Below, piece after piece: positions 15,474 to 26,757 of a stretch of DNA of 26,757 bases. The stretch lies in contig JAWQFM010000032.1 of assembly GCA_033442325.1 (NCBI GenBank), positions 275,096 to 301,852 of the forward strand, in the 5' to 3' direction. Origin of the DNA: Salpingoeca rosetta (taxonomy: Eukaryota > Protista > Choanoflagellata). The position numbers and the translations under genes were made by a program. The notes below the pieces were generated by a model. The model saw only the letters and a program-made list of their open reading frames with translations, made no database searches and was not told the origin of the DNA. Positions within the stretch are counted from its first letter, which is position 1; the number at the start of each line of letters is the position of its first letter.

Positions 15474-16669
15474 AACACACGCACGCACAGTGCAGGCCAA
15501 GCGTACCCATGATTTTGGCCAGTTCGCGTGCTGTGGTGACAGAGTTGTAGGAGTAGAGGTGGCGCTGGATGTTGTACTCCTTCGTGCTGTTGTGGAGGCA
15601 TCATAAGCGAGAAGCAGTGCGGGAGGTGTCACGTATGATGGAAACTCGCACAAGCGACACAGCGATGCACAGGATGGCAAGGGCGTGACACAAGCAAGTG
15701 CATTGCGACAAAGTGAAGCCACCACACGACGACACACAAATACACACACATAAGCCTGAAGAGAAGCAAACGTACCTTGCTGTGAGCCAGACTTGGTTGC
15801 CTGGCGTCTCCAGGGTGGTTGTGAGGTGCTTGTTGGACTTTTGGAAACGCAGCCTGAGTGTGTGTGTGTGTGTGGGGGGGGTTATGTATGGGATGCGGAT
15901 GAGAACGGGTGTGTGTGTGTGGGGGGGGGTTATGTATGGGATGCGGATGAGAAAGGGTTAGAGGGTAATGTGTGTGACATGGGGGGAGTAAAGTTTCAGC
16001 ACTAGCATGTGCATGCACAGACGCACGCAGACGCACACACACACACACACTACATGTGCACGCACGCACACATACACACAACACGCACGCACGTGTTACC
16101 TGTGGTAGAACTCAAAGGACTGCACAGAAGTACCAAAGCCGCGTGGCTTGTGTTTCTGACGCAGAAGCTCTGCGCTGCGCGGGTTCCTGTTTGTCAACTA
16201 CACAGAGCAACGCCGTGGAGCAGGCGACAATGACGCAGTCAATGGGTGAGCAGTGGCCTGAAACAGCAGCTTGAACACACTACACTACACTACACTGCAC
16301 ACATACAACACACGCATACACTACACAATCTGCACGCACACATACACACATCACACACATCACACACACACACATCACACACGTACACATCACATCACAC
16401 ACACACGTACACACAACACACCCTCACACAACACACCCTCAAACAACACTCACTGTGAAAGTGCCGCAGGTGCTGGTCTGTTGTTGATACTTGGATGACG
16501 CTGGAGTTGTGGGTGTAGAAGAAGAGGAAGAAGACGATGTGTGCCTCTTGCAGTTGCCATGTTGTGCAAGGGCGCTTGTTTGCTGCACAACGCCAGCACC
16601 AGCACGAACACCACTGACTGGCACCTTTGCCAAGCGGGCAACCACACCACCACACAGCTTGCCAGACAT
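15011..16669 (-). CDS. MRPL18: Mitochondrial ribosomal protein uL18m (198 aa). Exons: 16669-16454, 16197-16100, 15853-15776, 15586-15507, 15135-15011
   Basis: The spliced product [109 protein letters not shown] matches animal MRPL18 motifs (NRNPRxxE, ASTxExxIxxHLYS). The N-terminus is Arg/Ser-rich and free of acidic residues, like a mitochondrial targeting peptide. Confidence 0.93.
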
Positions 16670-16967
<298 letters not shown>

Positions 16968-18452
16968 ATGTCGCGACGACATGATGAGCAGCGCTACCGC
17001 CGCCACGATCAGTATCACTGGCAGGATCGTCACCACGGCGGCTACTATCACCACCAGCACCACGGACAACAGCACCATGCATATGGCTACAACCCGTACC
17101 CCACTGCACCTCCAACTCACCATCATCACCCTCATCATCCTCCGCACCCTCCTCCTCGTGGTGGGCTTCTGCCTGCACCTCCAAAACGAGACTTTGCAGC
17201 TGGATATCAGCACGTGTACGCTCCGCCACATACGGGCCATCCGCCGTTGATCCCTTCCCATCACCACCACCCTTACCAGCACCCACAGCAACAGCAGCGC
17301 CATCAGCGCGGTGACTTCAGCAGAGAGCCACGCGACCACCGGGATCTGCGCCACCAGCTCTCACCACGTGGTGGGCGCCCGCAGCAAGGGTCCCGCTCCA
17401 GCGATCGCTTCGTGAGGGGAAACGCCCGAGACATGCAGGCGGCCTGGGACTACGCCGTGCATGGCTTTGACACCATCTTCGACAAGCACGTCTTGATTCC
17501 CCGCGAGTGCTTTGACCGCGCGCGCCCCGAGGACCTGTTCTCCCATCCGGAGGAGCCCATCGACCCAGGTGTTGTGTTGTGTTGTGTGTTGTGCTGTGTT
17601 GTGGCGGTCTGTTACAGCGTTGTGCGTGTGTGTGCGATCTTGCCGTATTTCCTCACGGTACAGACACTTGCGATGCATCTTGTATGTGCGACAGAGATGA
17701 AGCGGCTGAAAGATCGGGGCAATGAGGTCAAGAGCAGGCTCGACGATATGGATCAAGAGGTGCGTTGTTCTTTGGATTTCGAGCACGTGTGAACTCAACG
17801 TGTCCGTGTCCACTGTCGTGAAATGACACTGCGCCGCTTCATGCACTGCCCACTATGGCTGAAGCACACACTGATGTTGCTGATACCTACAACCTGCACA
17901 CACACACACACACACTCACAAACTCACACACACACACTCGCAAACACACACACACAAACATACACACACACACACTTGCAAACACACACACACACACTCT
18001 CGCAAACACACACACACACTCGCAAACACACACACACACACAAACATACACACACTCGCAAACGCACACACACTCGCAAACACACACACACACATACACA
18101 CACACTCGCAAACGCACACACACTCGCAAACGCACACACACACACTCACACTCGCAAACACACACACACACACAAACACACACACAAACACTTACTCACA
18201 CACGCTCACAAACACAAACACTCACACATACACTCAACGCAAACACCGCGGGTGACAGGTGTGGTACCGGCTGTCCAAGCTGGCGAATCTGACGCAGAAG
18301 GTCATGCACCAAGTGCGGCAGCGGTGCGGCGGAGAAATGTGCACCACAGCGTGGGTCAAGATGTATGAGATGCTGGCGCACTACAACCTGCTGCCCGCCG
18401 ACACAGCGCGCGATGACAACGGTAGTGGTGGTGATGATGGTGTTGGTGGTGG

Positions 18453-18503
<51 letters not shown>

Positions 18504-18844
18504 GGACGGGAAGAAGAGAGAGCAAGACGGTCAGGGCAACGATGGCAGCAGCAGCAGCAGCAGCAAGAGTGGCGGCAACAGGAGGCAGCAGGGCCGCAGA
18601 GGGAAATGCCGTCTCAACACCGTGCATGTGTGCGAGGCACCAGGTGCCTTTATCACAGCCACGAATCACTACATTAGAACGCGCTTAGATGACGGTGAAA
18701 ACATCCAGTGGGACTGGACAGGCCTCTCCCTCAACCCGTACTACGAATACAACGACCACATTGAGATGATCAGCTCAGACCTGGTGAGAAATAAACGCTG
18801 CTTATGTGTGTGCACGTTTGTGTGCTTGTGTGTGTGTGTGTGCT

Positions 18845-18923
<79 letters not shown>

Positions 18924-19768
18924 TCGCGTTCTTGTGTGCGTGTGTGTACGTGAAGCAACACCTTTGAGAGTCGCAAGCGCTCATTCTAGCACACACACAT
19001 GCACAAACACACACACACACATGCACAAACGCACGCACTGCGTGTTCACAGTTCATCCTGCATACGCTGAACAATTGGTGTTTTGGGGCGGACGACACGG
19101 GGGACATCACGCGTGGACAAAACGTCCAGTGCCTGTGGGACCGCGTTTCAAAACATGGACCTGTGGATCTGTTCACTGCTGACGGCGCGTTTGATGTTTC
19201 CGCCAACCCTGGCGAGCAGGTAGGGGAATACGATGATGTGCTGTGTGCTGTGTGTGTGTGTGTGCGTGTGTGTGTCGTGCATCGTGTTTGCGTGCGCGTG
19301 GGTGGGTGGGCGTAACGTCCTTTTGTTCGGTCATGATTCAGCACCATCGCCATCATCACCACCACCAATCATCATGATCATCATCATCACCACCACCGCC
19401 GCAATCACCACCAGGAGGCACTGACGTCGCATCTCCATTTCTGCGAGGCCGTTGCCGGACTTGGCTGCCTCTCGCCAGGCATGTTCGAGCATGCTTGAAT
19501 GTGTGAATGTGTGTGTGATTGTGTGAATATGTGTGTGAATGTGTGAATGTGTGTATGCGTGTGTGCCTGTGAGTGTGTGCATGTGTAAATGTATGTGTGT
19601 GTGTGTGTCGTTGTGGTCTTGACATGTGTGTGATCATGTGGATTTGGCTGCAGCTCTTGTTCTTGTGGACGTGTGATTGTGAGTGGCGTGGCACTGTTGC
19701 GCAGCTGTTGGCATCGTGCATTCATCACGCACAAACATGTGAACTCAACCCCCCCCCACACACACACG

Positions 19769-19845
<77 letters not shown>

Positions 19846-22800
19846 CACATGAATTAACTCCCGTGTAGGCGGGGCCATTGTGCTGAAGTTGTTCACGGCG
19901 TGCGAGCGCTCAACAGCAGCGCTCATTTATCTTGTCGGCTGCCACTTTGACGAGACGTACATCTGTAAGCCCGCCACCAGCAAGGCAGCAAACAGCGAGA
20001 CTTACCTCGTGGCAAAAGGTGTGTATATGTGTGTGTGTGCATGTGTGCGTGTGTGCGTATGTGTGGATGGAACATCCTCTTTGCAACGCGCGTTTTCGGC
20101 TGCAAGTCGTGTCATTCACAAACACACACATGCATACACAGACGTATGTGTGCGTACGCATGCAAGCATTCATACTCTCTCTTCTTTGTGTGCTTGAACC
20201 ACAACACACCTCCATGCACACTGCTTCTCTCGTCCTCTCTTTTCCTTCCATTCACCGCCGCGCTGCAGGTTTTCGTGGCATTGACGCGGAGTTGAAGGAG
20301 CGACTGTTGACGTTCGTCCAGCCAGATCCGCCAAGTAAGCACGCGCTCGGACCGCTTGCTGCGATGGCTGTGATCGTGTGCATGGCTATGCATTTGCGCA
20401 GATGTGTGTGTGTGTGTGTGTGTGTGTGATTTGACGTATGAAGTCAGGCATGACGATGCGCTTGCATCACCCTTCAATTGTTTCAGTATACTCACACTCA
20501 CACACACGCACACACGCACACACTTACGCACACACAAAACACACACGTACTTACGCACAACTACACACCTTGTCGAGCACAGCCATTGATGGTCAGCCAG
20601 CGGCGCTCTTGTCCTCTTCAGTCCTGCCTGACTCCTTCATGACGAAATTGCGGACAACAGCCGAGTTTTTCGTTGACGCGTTTTGCTCACAGATTGAGCA
20701 CGTGCTGAAGCTCCACCGGCGCTGTGCATACGACCACAAGCAGGTGTGTGTGTGTGTGTGTTTGTATGTGTGCGTGTGCGCGTGTGTGTGTGTGTGTGCG
20801 TGCGTGTACGTGTGTGTGTGTGTGCAAGTTTGCATGTATGTGTGTGTATGTGTGTGTGCATTTTGTTGTGTGAGCGAATGTAACATGTTGTGAGCACCAT
20901 TGTGCTTCTGCTCTGTTCGCTGCCGTCGGCCGTCACCGCCAACAGCAAGCGCGATTGTTGCGAAACGCTTTCACCCCCCCCCCCTTCCCGTTAGCCCATC
21001 ATCCACTCATCACAACCCACTCTGCACGCCCTTCGTCCCTCCCGCGCCTCCTTCCCCGTTTCCAACTGCAGGCGATTATCCAGGCCCAGTTCCGCATTGC
21101 AGAATCATTCATCTCGCGGTTCAACGTGCATGCGCTGCCATCACCACAACTACGCATCGTGCCAACAGACCCGCTCCTGCCCCACCGCCTGAATACGGTT
21201 GCGCGCGTGTCTGAGGAGTTTGCGAGCGAGGTGAACAGCGGGATGGCCGGTGCAACGCTGAGAGAGCGGCAGGAGGAGGCGAAGCGGCACGCAGCACGAC
21301 GCAAGGCTGCCACCCGCAGCGAACACGGTGAAGGTGGTGATGTGATGGGTGAAGCTAAGGGTGACGTAAAGACCGGTGGTGGTGGTGATGATGGCGGTGG
21401 TGGTGGTGGTGATGATGACGGTGGTGTTCAAGATGCTGTAGGCAATGGTAGTGGTGGTGATGGTGAGCCGCCAACAAAGCGAGCGCACGTTGAAGAAGAT
21501 GCGAGTGCAGCGGGAGCAACTGCGACAGCGCGATCACCACAGCCACCACTCCAGCCGCAGTCAGCGGATACAACAACAGGTCGGGTTGCAACACAGACGA
21601 CACTTGACCAAACAAAGGCGAGCTCTCGACTCACTCACACCACCGCATCGACTGACACTACTCTGGCGGGCACCAACAAGATGGATCGTCGTCACGAGGA
21701 TGTGGAGGAACTACAATCTACCACAGCAACCACCACGACAACGACAACAGCAGCAACACCAACAGTGTCAGCAGCAACAACGATGACAGCAGCTACATCA
21801 CCATCACCACCAACAGCCGACGTTGGCGCGATGGCGCAGGAGGCGGCGAAATACGGCTCATTCGCAGTGTCACAGATCCGCAAGTTTGGCTTCCGAAGGG
21901 GACGTGGCATTGGCAAGAACGAGAGCGGGCGGGTGGATCCAATTTCCATCCAGCTGCGCCCTGCAAAGCTCGGCCTGGGTGCACGCGGCGTGTACGATGA
22001 GGTTGAGGCTGCCATTGGTGGTGACGACGACAGTAATGGCAGTGGCTTGATGGCTGGTGCCACAATGGGGGCTGTTGATGGTGATGGTGGTGGCGGTGGT
22101 GGTGGTGGGGATGGGTTTGGTGACGGTGCAGCAGAGGTGCGGCCCGTACTGTTGGATGATGATGATTTGGACCAGTTTTCCGTCCATACGCACACGCCAG
22201 CCACCAGTTCTGGTGACGATGGTGATGGCATTTGTACCAGTACGGTGAAGCCCACACCCAACCCTTCGTCGGAAACCACGTCCACCACCGTTACCCCCAG
22301 CACCAACTCCAGCATTGCCACCCACAACAGCAAGAAGCACGGCAGTGGTGGTGAGGAGGATGGCTCGGTGCACACGACAACTACCGGCAAGAGCGAGGGC
22401 AAATATGACATGGTGTATTGGGCGAAAGGGAAAACACAACAGCCAACGCACGAGCAAGAAGCAGCAGAAGGGGGAAGGAAATTCAAGGAGGAGGAAGGAG
22501 AAAAAGACACGACATCGAACATGGAGACGAAGAACGACAACAAGGAAAGAGGACAAGAAGAGCGAAATGGCGAGACACAAGAACAGCAGGTGCAGACGCA
22601 ACCTCGAACGCAGGGCATGCTCGGGTTTACTCGCGGTAGTGATGGCGCAACAAGAGAAGGGCAACAGCAGCGTGGTGGAGCAGAGGACCGAACCAACACG
22701 ACATGCGGTGAAAGCGCGGACATGGAGGAAGAAGAAGAAGAAGAGGAAGAGGAAGAGGAGGATGATGCTGGGCGGAACATCCAGTATTTTTACAACGACA

Positions 22801-25308
22801 GCAACCCAGCGCCCGTGACGCAAGATGAAGTGTCACAGTGGTCCCTGACGGTGAAATCCCGCGTGCCAGCCATTACGCTCTCCCGGTTCTGTCGGCCTCG
22901 CTTGCTCACACAACTCATGGACGCACGTCAGCGCATGCTGCCAACCATCACATCGCTCTTACGCGGTGGTGATGATGGCGAAGGTGTTGTTGTTGGCGGT
23001 GGTGGTGGTGGTGAAGGTGACACAAACAGCAGAGGCAACAGCAGCAACAGCAGCAGCAACAGCAGCAGCAGCAGTGACAGGTGGGCAGCAGTGGGCGTGT
23101 CACGAGACATGTGGGTGAAGCTGAACGCCGCGCGCGAGATTCTGTTTGGACCCCATGATCCTTTTGAGAAGGTGCGTGCTCGCCTCATGCGGTCACGACA
23201 GGCTACACATGCTGCGACAGCAACAACAACATCAGCAAGTACAGCAGCAGCAGCAGCAACAGCAACGACAGCAGCCACAGCAACATCACCAGCATCGTCA
23301 GCGAGCTCAAATCAAGTCGTAGACACGGCGCCAGCCACACGCCCGTGGGATGCCGAGGGTCACTTGGTCATGAAGCAGCTGTGTCAGCGCCACAAGCAGT
23401 GGCGGTTTGGTGCTGCCGTTGCACTCGACACGCGCGCGCTCGCGGGTTGTGGCACGTGCCTTGCCGAGCAAGGCGTCCCAGTTGTTGGCCTTGCGGCTGA
23501 TGTGACCACTGTTTTGATGCCGTCACAATCATCGTCATCATCCACATCAACATCAACATCAACATCATCATCATCAGCAGCAGCAGCAGCACAGCTTGCG
23601 CACGCCACCGCCGCCCCTCCGCCAGTGTCATCAGCATTAGCATCAGCATCATCGTCGTCGCCGTCTTCATCTTCTGTGGCTCTGCAGCAACCCTGCCCAT
23701 CTCTTCCGATTTTCTCTGTGGACACACCACCATTGCAGCCCACGGCTGGCGGCTATAACGTGATTGCCAAGCACCTCAGTGCTGCACTGGAGAGGTTTCG
23801 TCAGAAAATGCCTGCAGGCAACGCGACCACAGACACAGGGAAGAAAGTGGCGGGAGAAACACCCGCAAACAAAACAGAGGAGACCAGCTCACGAGATGAC
23901 GAAGAAGCGACGCGCGCTGGCACTGACACTGGTCCACGTCATGGTGAAGAGTGTGGTGGTGGCGGCGGCAATGGTGATGGTGATGATGATGGCGGTGGTG
24001 GTGTGAAAGAGAAGGAATATGAAGAGGTGCAGAAGGGAACAGACGAGTGGGGACGACGAAAACGACCTACAAGCAGAAGCAGAAGCAGAAGCAGACATGG
24101 GAGTGTTGAGAGAAGGGGTGCGAGGTCTCGCAGCAGAGGCGGTAGAGACGAGAGGACAAGTCGGAATGATGACAGCAGGAGCCCAAGGAGACGTGGCAGA
24201 TCAGACCGGAGAGGGCACGAGAAGAGCAGAAGCAAGAGCATTGAGAGGCGACGAGAAGACGAAGGCGATCAAGGCCACGAACGAGAGCGACGACGAAGAC
24301 GCCGACGCAGCAGCAGTAGTCGCGACCGCAACAGAGACACAAGTGGAAGCCGCAGCACTGATCGACGCCGACGTCGCAGGAGAAGTCGGAGTTGGAGCAG
24401 AGACCGAGACAGAGAAGGGCGTCGAAGTAGGGAAAGAGGCAACGACAGAGACAGAGGCAGAGATAGGGGAAGGGACAGGGACAGGGACAGAGATGGCTAC
24501 CGCGACGATGGCTCTGTCTGTGGTGGTGGTGACGGTCGGGGAAGGCGTCCTCACGACTGTGTCCGCGAACGCGACTACGATGATCGTCGGACCGACCACC
24601 ATCACCATCATCGTCATCGTCATGATGATGATGGTGATGGTCGCTATCGTCACCAGCACCATCGCAGCCGTGACCGGTCCCCCCACCGCCGTTATGAACA
24701 TGATCGCAACCCCGCACGTCATCACGCCACCAGCACTGCCACCAGCACTGCCACTGGCGCTGCGGCTGCTTCATTGCCGTCACGGCACGCTCCCACGGGT
24801 CAACCAAGCGTGTATGGGAGGGACACGTCGGTGTTGTGGTGCTTGTCGACACGTGTGGACGCCGCGCTGTTTGCGGGCAGCGGCAAAGGGCGAGTGGAGC
24901 TGGACGTGCTGCCAAATTTGCTGCCACAGCTCGCCGTCATGTTTGCTTGCATGCACGAAGGCGACCACGCCCTCGTGTGTCTCCCGGACACGCTGTCTCG
25001 CCTCGGCGCCGGCATTTTGTTCCTGCTGCATCGGAGTTTCAAACGCATCCGCGTGATCAAGCCCACGCTCGGGTCGCCCGGCTACTCGCCGTCCAAGTTT
25101 GTGCTGTGCGAGCACAGCCTAGGCACCTCGCTTCCTCTCGCTGCACATGTGGCGACAGCGGCACGCACAACCCATGCAGGGACGACTATCGAGCCAGACA
25201 CCGACCCAGAGGAACGCACCACGCAACGTCAAGAGCAGCAAGCGCAAGAAGAGCAGGAGCAACAACAGCCAGTGCAGAAGCACCAACAGCAACAGCAAGT
25301 GCAGGAGC

Positions 25309-25351
<43 letters not shown>

Positions 25352-25610
25352 GCAACAGCAACAACAGCAACAACAAGATCAGCAGGCGATGCATCCTGGG
25401 TTGGGCAGCAACGAGGTGCTGGAGGTCGTGCCCATGTCGGTGCTGTTGCAACAGGACCTGTATCGGTTCGTGGTGCACGGCACAGAGCGGCTGATTGGAC
25501 GGCAGGTTGCAACCATCACCCGCTTGCACCGCGCTGTCGTCAAGCACAAGCTGCGCACACGCATGCAACGGAGGCGTGGGGGTGGTGGTGTCGTTGCCGG
25601 TGCAAAATAG
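16968..25610 (+). CDS. CMTR2: Cap-specific mRNA (nucleoside-2'-O)-methyltransferase 2 (FtsJ/RrmJ fold) with G-patch, RS/RD-rich region and degenerate second MTase domain (~2112 aa). Exons: 16968-17568, 17695-17759, 18259-18783, 19052-19219, 19415-19478, 19869-20018, 20269-20334, 20583-20743, 21072-25610
   Basis: CMTR2 signature motifs in order: [105 protein letters not shown]. The K-D-K-E catalytic tetrad is intact. The last exon is a 4.5-kb open frame. Confidence 0.92.
18855..18919. repeat. (TA)~32 microsatellite in CMTR2 intron 3
   Basis: Directly visible. Confidence 0.95.
21852..21983 (+). other. G-patch domain coding segment within CMTR2
   Basis: [44 protein letters not shown] fits the G-patch consensus (hhxKhGaxxGxGLGxxxxGxxxPh...GLG). 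Confidence 0.85.
25310..25377 (+). repeat. Coding (CAA/CAG)n poly-Gln tract in the last exon of CMTR2
   Basis: In-frame poly-Q in ORF 20955..25610. Confidence 0.9.
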
Positions 25611-26120
25611 ATTTGGTGGCTGTCACAGCGGTGGTGGTTGTGGTTTGGAAGTGTGGATCGTAACTCGTCTGACTCTTTGAGACTTTGTCTGTTTTTTGTT
25701 ATGATGTGGTTGGTTGGGTCGCTGTTTATCAATGACACGTGAACAAACGCAACAGCAGGAACTGTTACAAACAATGACGAAACCAGCTGCTTCCAGTGCG
25801 CGTGTGTGCGAATTGCAACAACATGAACGCGAGCATGGGGCAGGTGGTGGCTGGCCTAGAGTGAGTGTTCGCTGGTGAAAGAACAACGGGAGCGAGGAAC
25901 GAGAAGGAATGGCAGAGACACACACGGTCAACGCAATTGTGTAGACGTGACTTCTGTGCAGGCGTTGGGTGGTGCAAGGACTGCAGTGACGATGGCGTGA
26001 CGGCTGTAACGTGGAAAGGGGGGAAAAAGGATGGGAGGTGTGCCACAAGGGAAACGCACAAAAAGCAGGTCGAGTCAAAGACGTGAAAATGCTGCAATGG
26101 ACGCCGGTCAGGGAGAGCTG

Positions 26121-26613
26121 TCACGCGTGGGGCAGGAGCCGTGCGTGAACGGAGTGGTCGTCGTCATTGTCATCACCCAATATGACCAGGTCGCTCTCGT
26201 CATGCGCCTCGCTGAGTCCAAGCAAGTGTGCAGAGTGGTTTGCACTCAATGTCCCGTCCTCCCCGTCGCTGTTGTGCGCCTTTAAGTCCCGCATGTGTAC
26301 GGAATCAAAGGGGCTGACGTCTCGCTGCAGACACGCGCGTGCAAGTGGTTTGCAGTGAGTTTGTGTGTGTGTGTGTATGTGTGTGTGTGTGTGAGTGTGA
26401 GTGTGTGTGTGTGTGTATGTGTGTGTGTGTGAGTGTGTGTGTGTGTGTTTGTGTGAACGAGTTGGACGTGTGACAGTGACTGGGAACACGAATCAGGCAC
26501 CCAGCAATCAAGCATAGCGCATCACACACACACGCATGCATTCGTACGCTCGCACTTACATCTGTTGTCTCAATCTTCATGATGTAGTTGTCAATGACCC
26601 AGAACCAGCATGC
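26121..26613 (-). CDS. Probable STIMATE/TMEM110-family membrane protein, last two exons (26613-26560, 26324-26121); 5' part lies beyond the window
   Basis: Exon ACWFWVIDNYIMKIETTD resembles the end of the last TM helix of TMEM110 (NALMFWVVDNFLMRK). The acidic tail HDESDLVILGDDNDDD resembles the TMEM110 C-tail. Phase-0 GT-AG junctions; stop TGA at 26123-26121. Only ~85 aa are visible. Confidence 0.65.
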
Positions 26614-26659
26614 CTGCGCATCGGAAGTGAAGTAGAGCGTGAATGTCGAGAGTGGTGAT

Positions 26660-26661
<2 letters not shown>

Positions 26662-26739
<78 letters not shown>

Positions 26740-26757
26740 TGGTGGTGGTGGTGGAGG
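26662..26757 (+). repeat. (GT)n then (GGT)n microsatellite, intronic in the STIMATE-like gene
   Basis: Directly visible; reads as CA/CAC repeats upstream of the acceptor in the minus-strand transcript. Confidence 0.9.

Noticed and set aside
21692-24927. Long antisense or alternate-frame ORFs (21692-22780, 21870-22823, 24019-25056, 24067-24927)
   Set aside because: They are shadows of GC-rich, low-complexity coding sequence with no recognisable motifs.
20955-25610. The 1551-aa ORF as an independent gene
   Set aside because: It has a non-ATG start. An in-phase acceptor at 21071 links it to the upstream CMTR2 exons, and its first residues complete the CMTR2 domain.

Overview
Gene-dense, intron-rich eukaryotic DNA full of (GT)n/(CA)n and (GGT/GAT)/(CAC/CAT) microsatellites. 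The style and gene content suggest a choanoflagellate such as Salpingoeca rosetta (inference, not verified). I spliced the exons by hand, checking phase at each junction, and found seven protein-coding genes: (1) the 3' part of a tandem TIR-TIR-Tudor-like protein (+); (2) a 16-exon ankyrin-repeat TRPC-like channel (-, ~771 aa); (3) an intronless secreted GH16 glycoside hydrolase (+); (4) an intronless secreted 7-repeat beta-propeller protein (-); (5) mitochondrial ribosomal protein uL18m (-); (6) a ~2112-aa CMTR2 cap2 methyltransferase that also carries a G-patch, an RS/RD-rich region and a split degenerate second MTase domain (+); (7) the 3' end of a probable STIMATE/TMEM110 gene (-). A 100-N gap lies inside a TRP intron. 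The main observations are polarised complementary repeats at intron ends (possible structure-assisted splicing), the CMTR2/G-patch architecture, TIR domains lacking the NADase Glu, and a two-gene intronless island of possibly bacterial origin. Family assignments come from remembered motifs; no searches were run.
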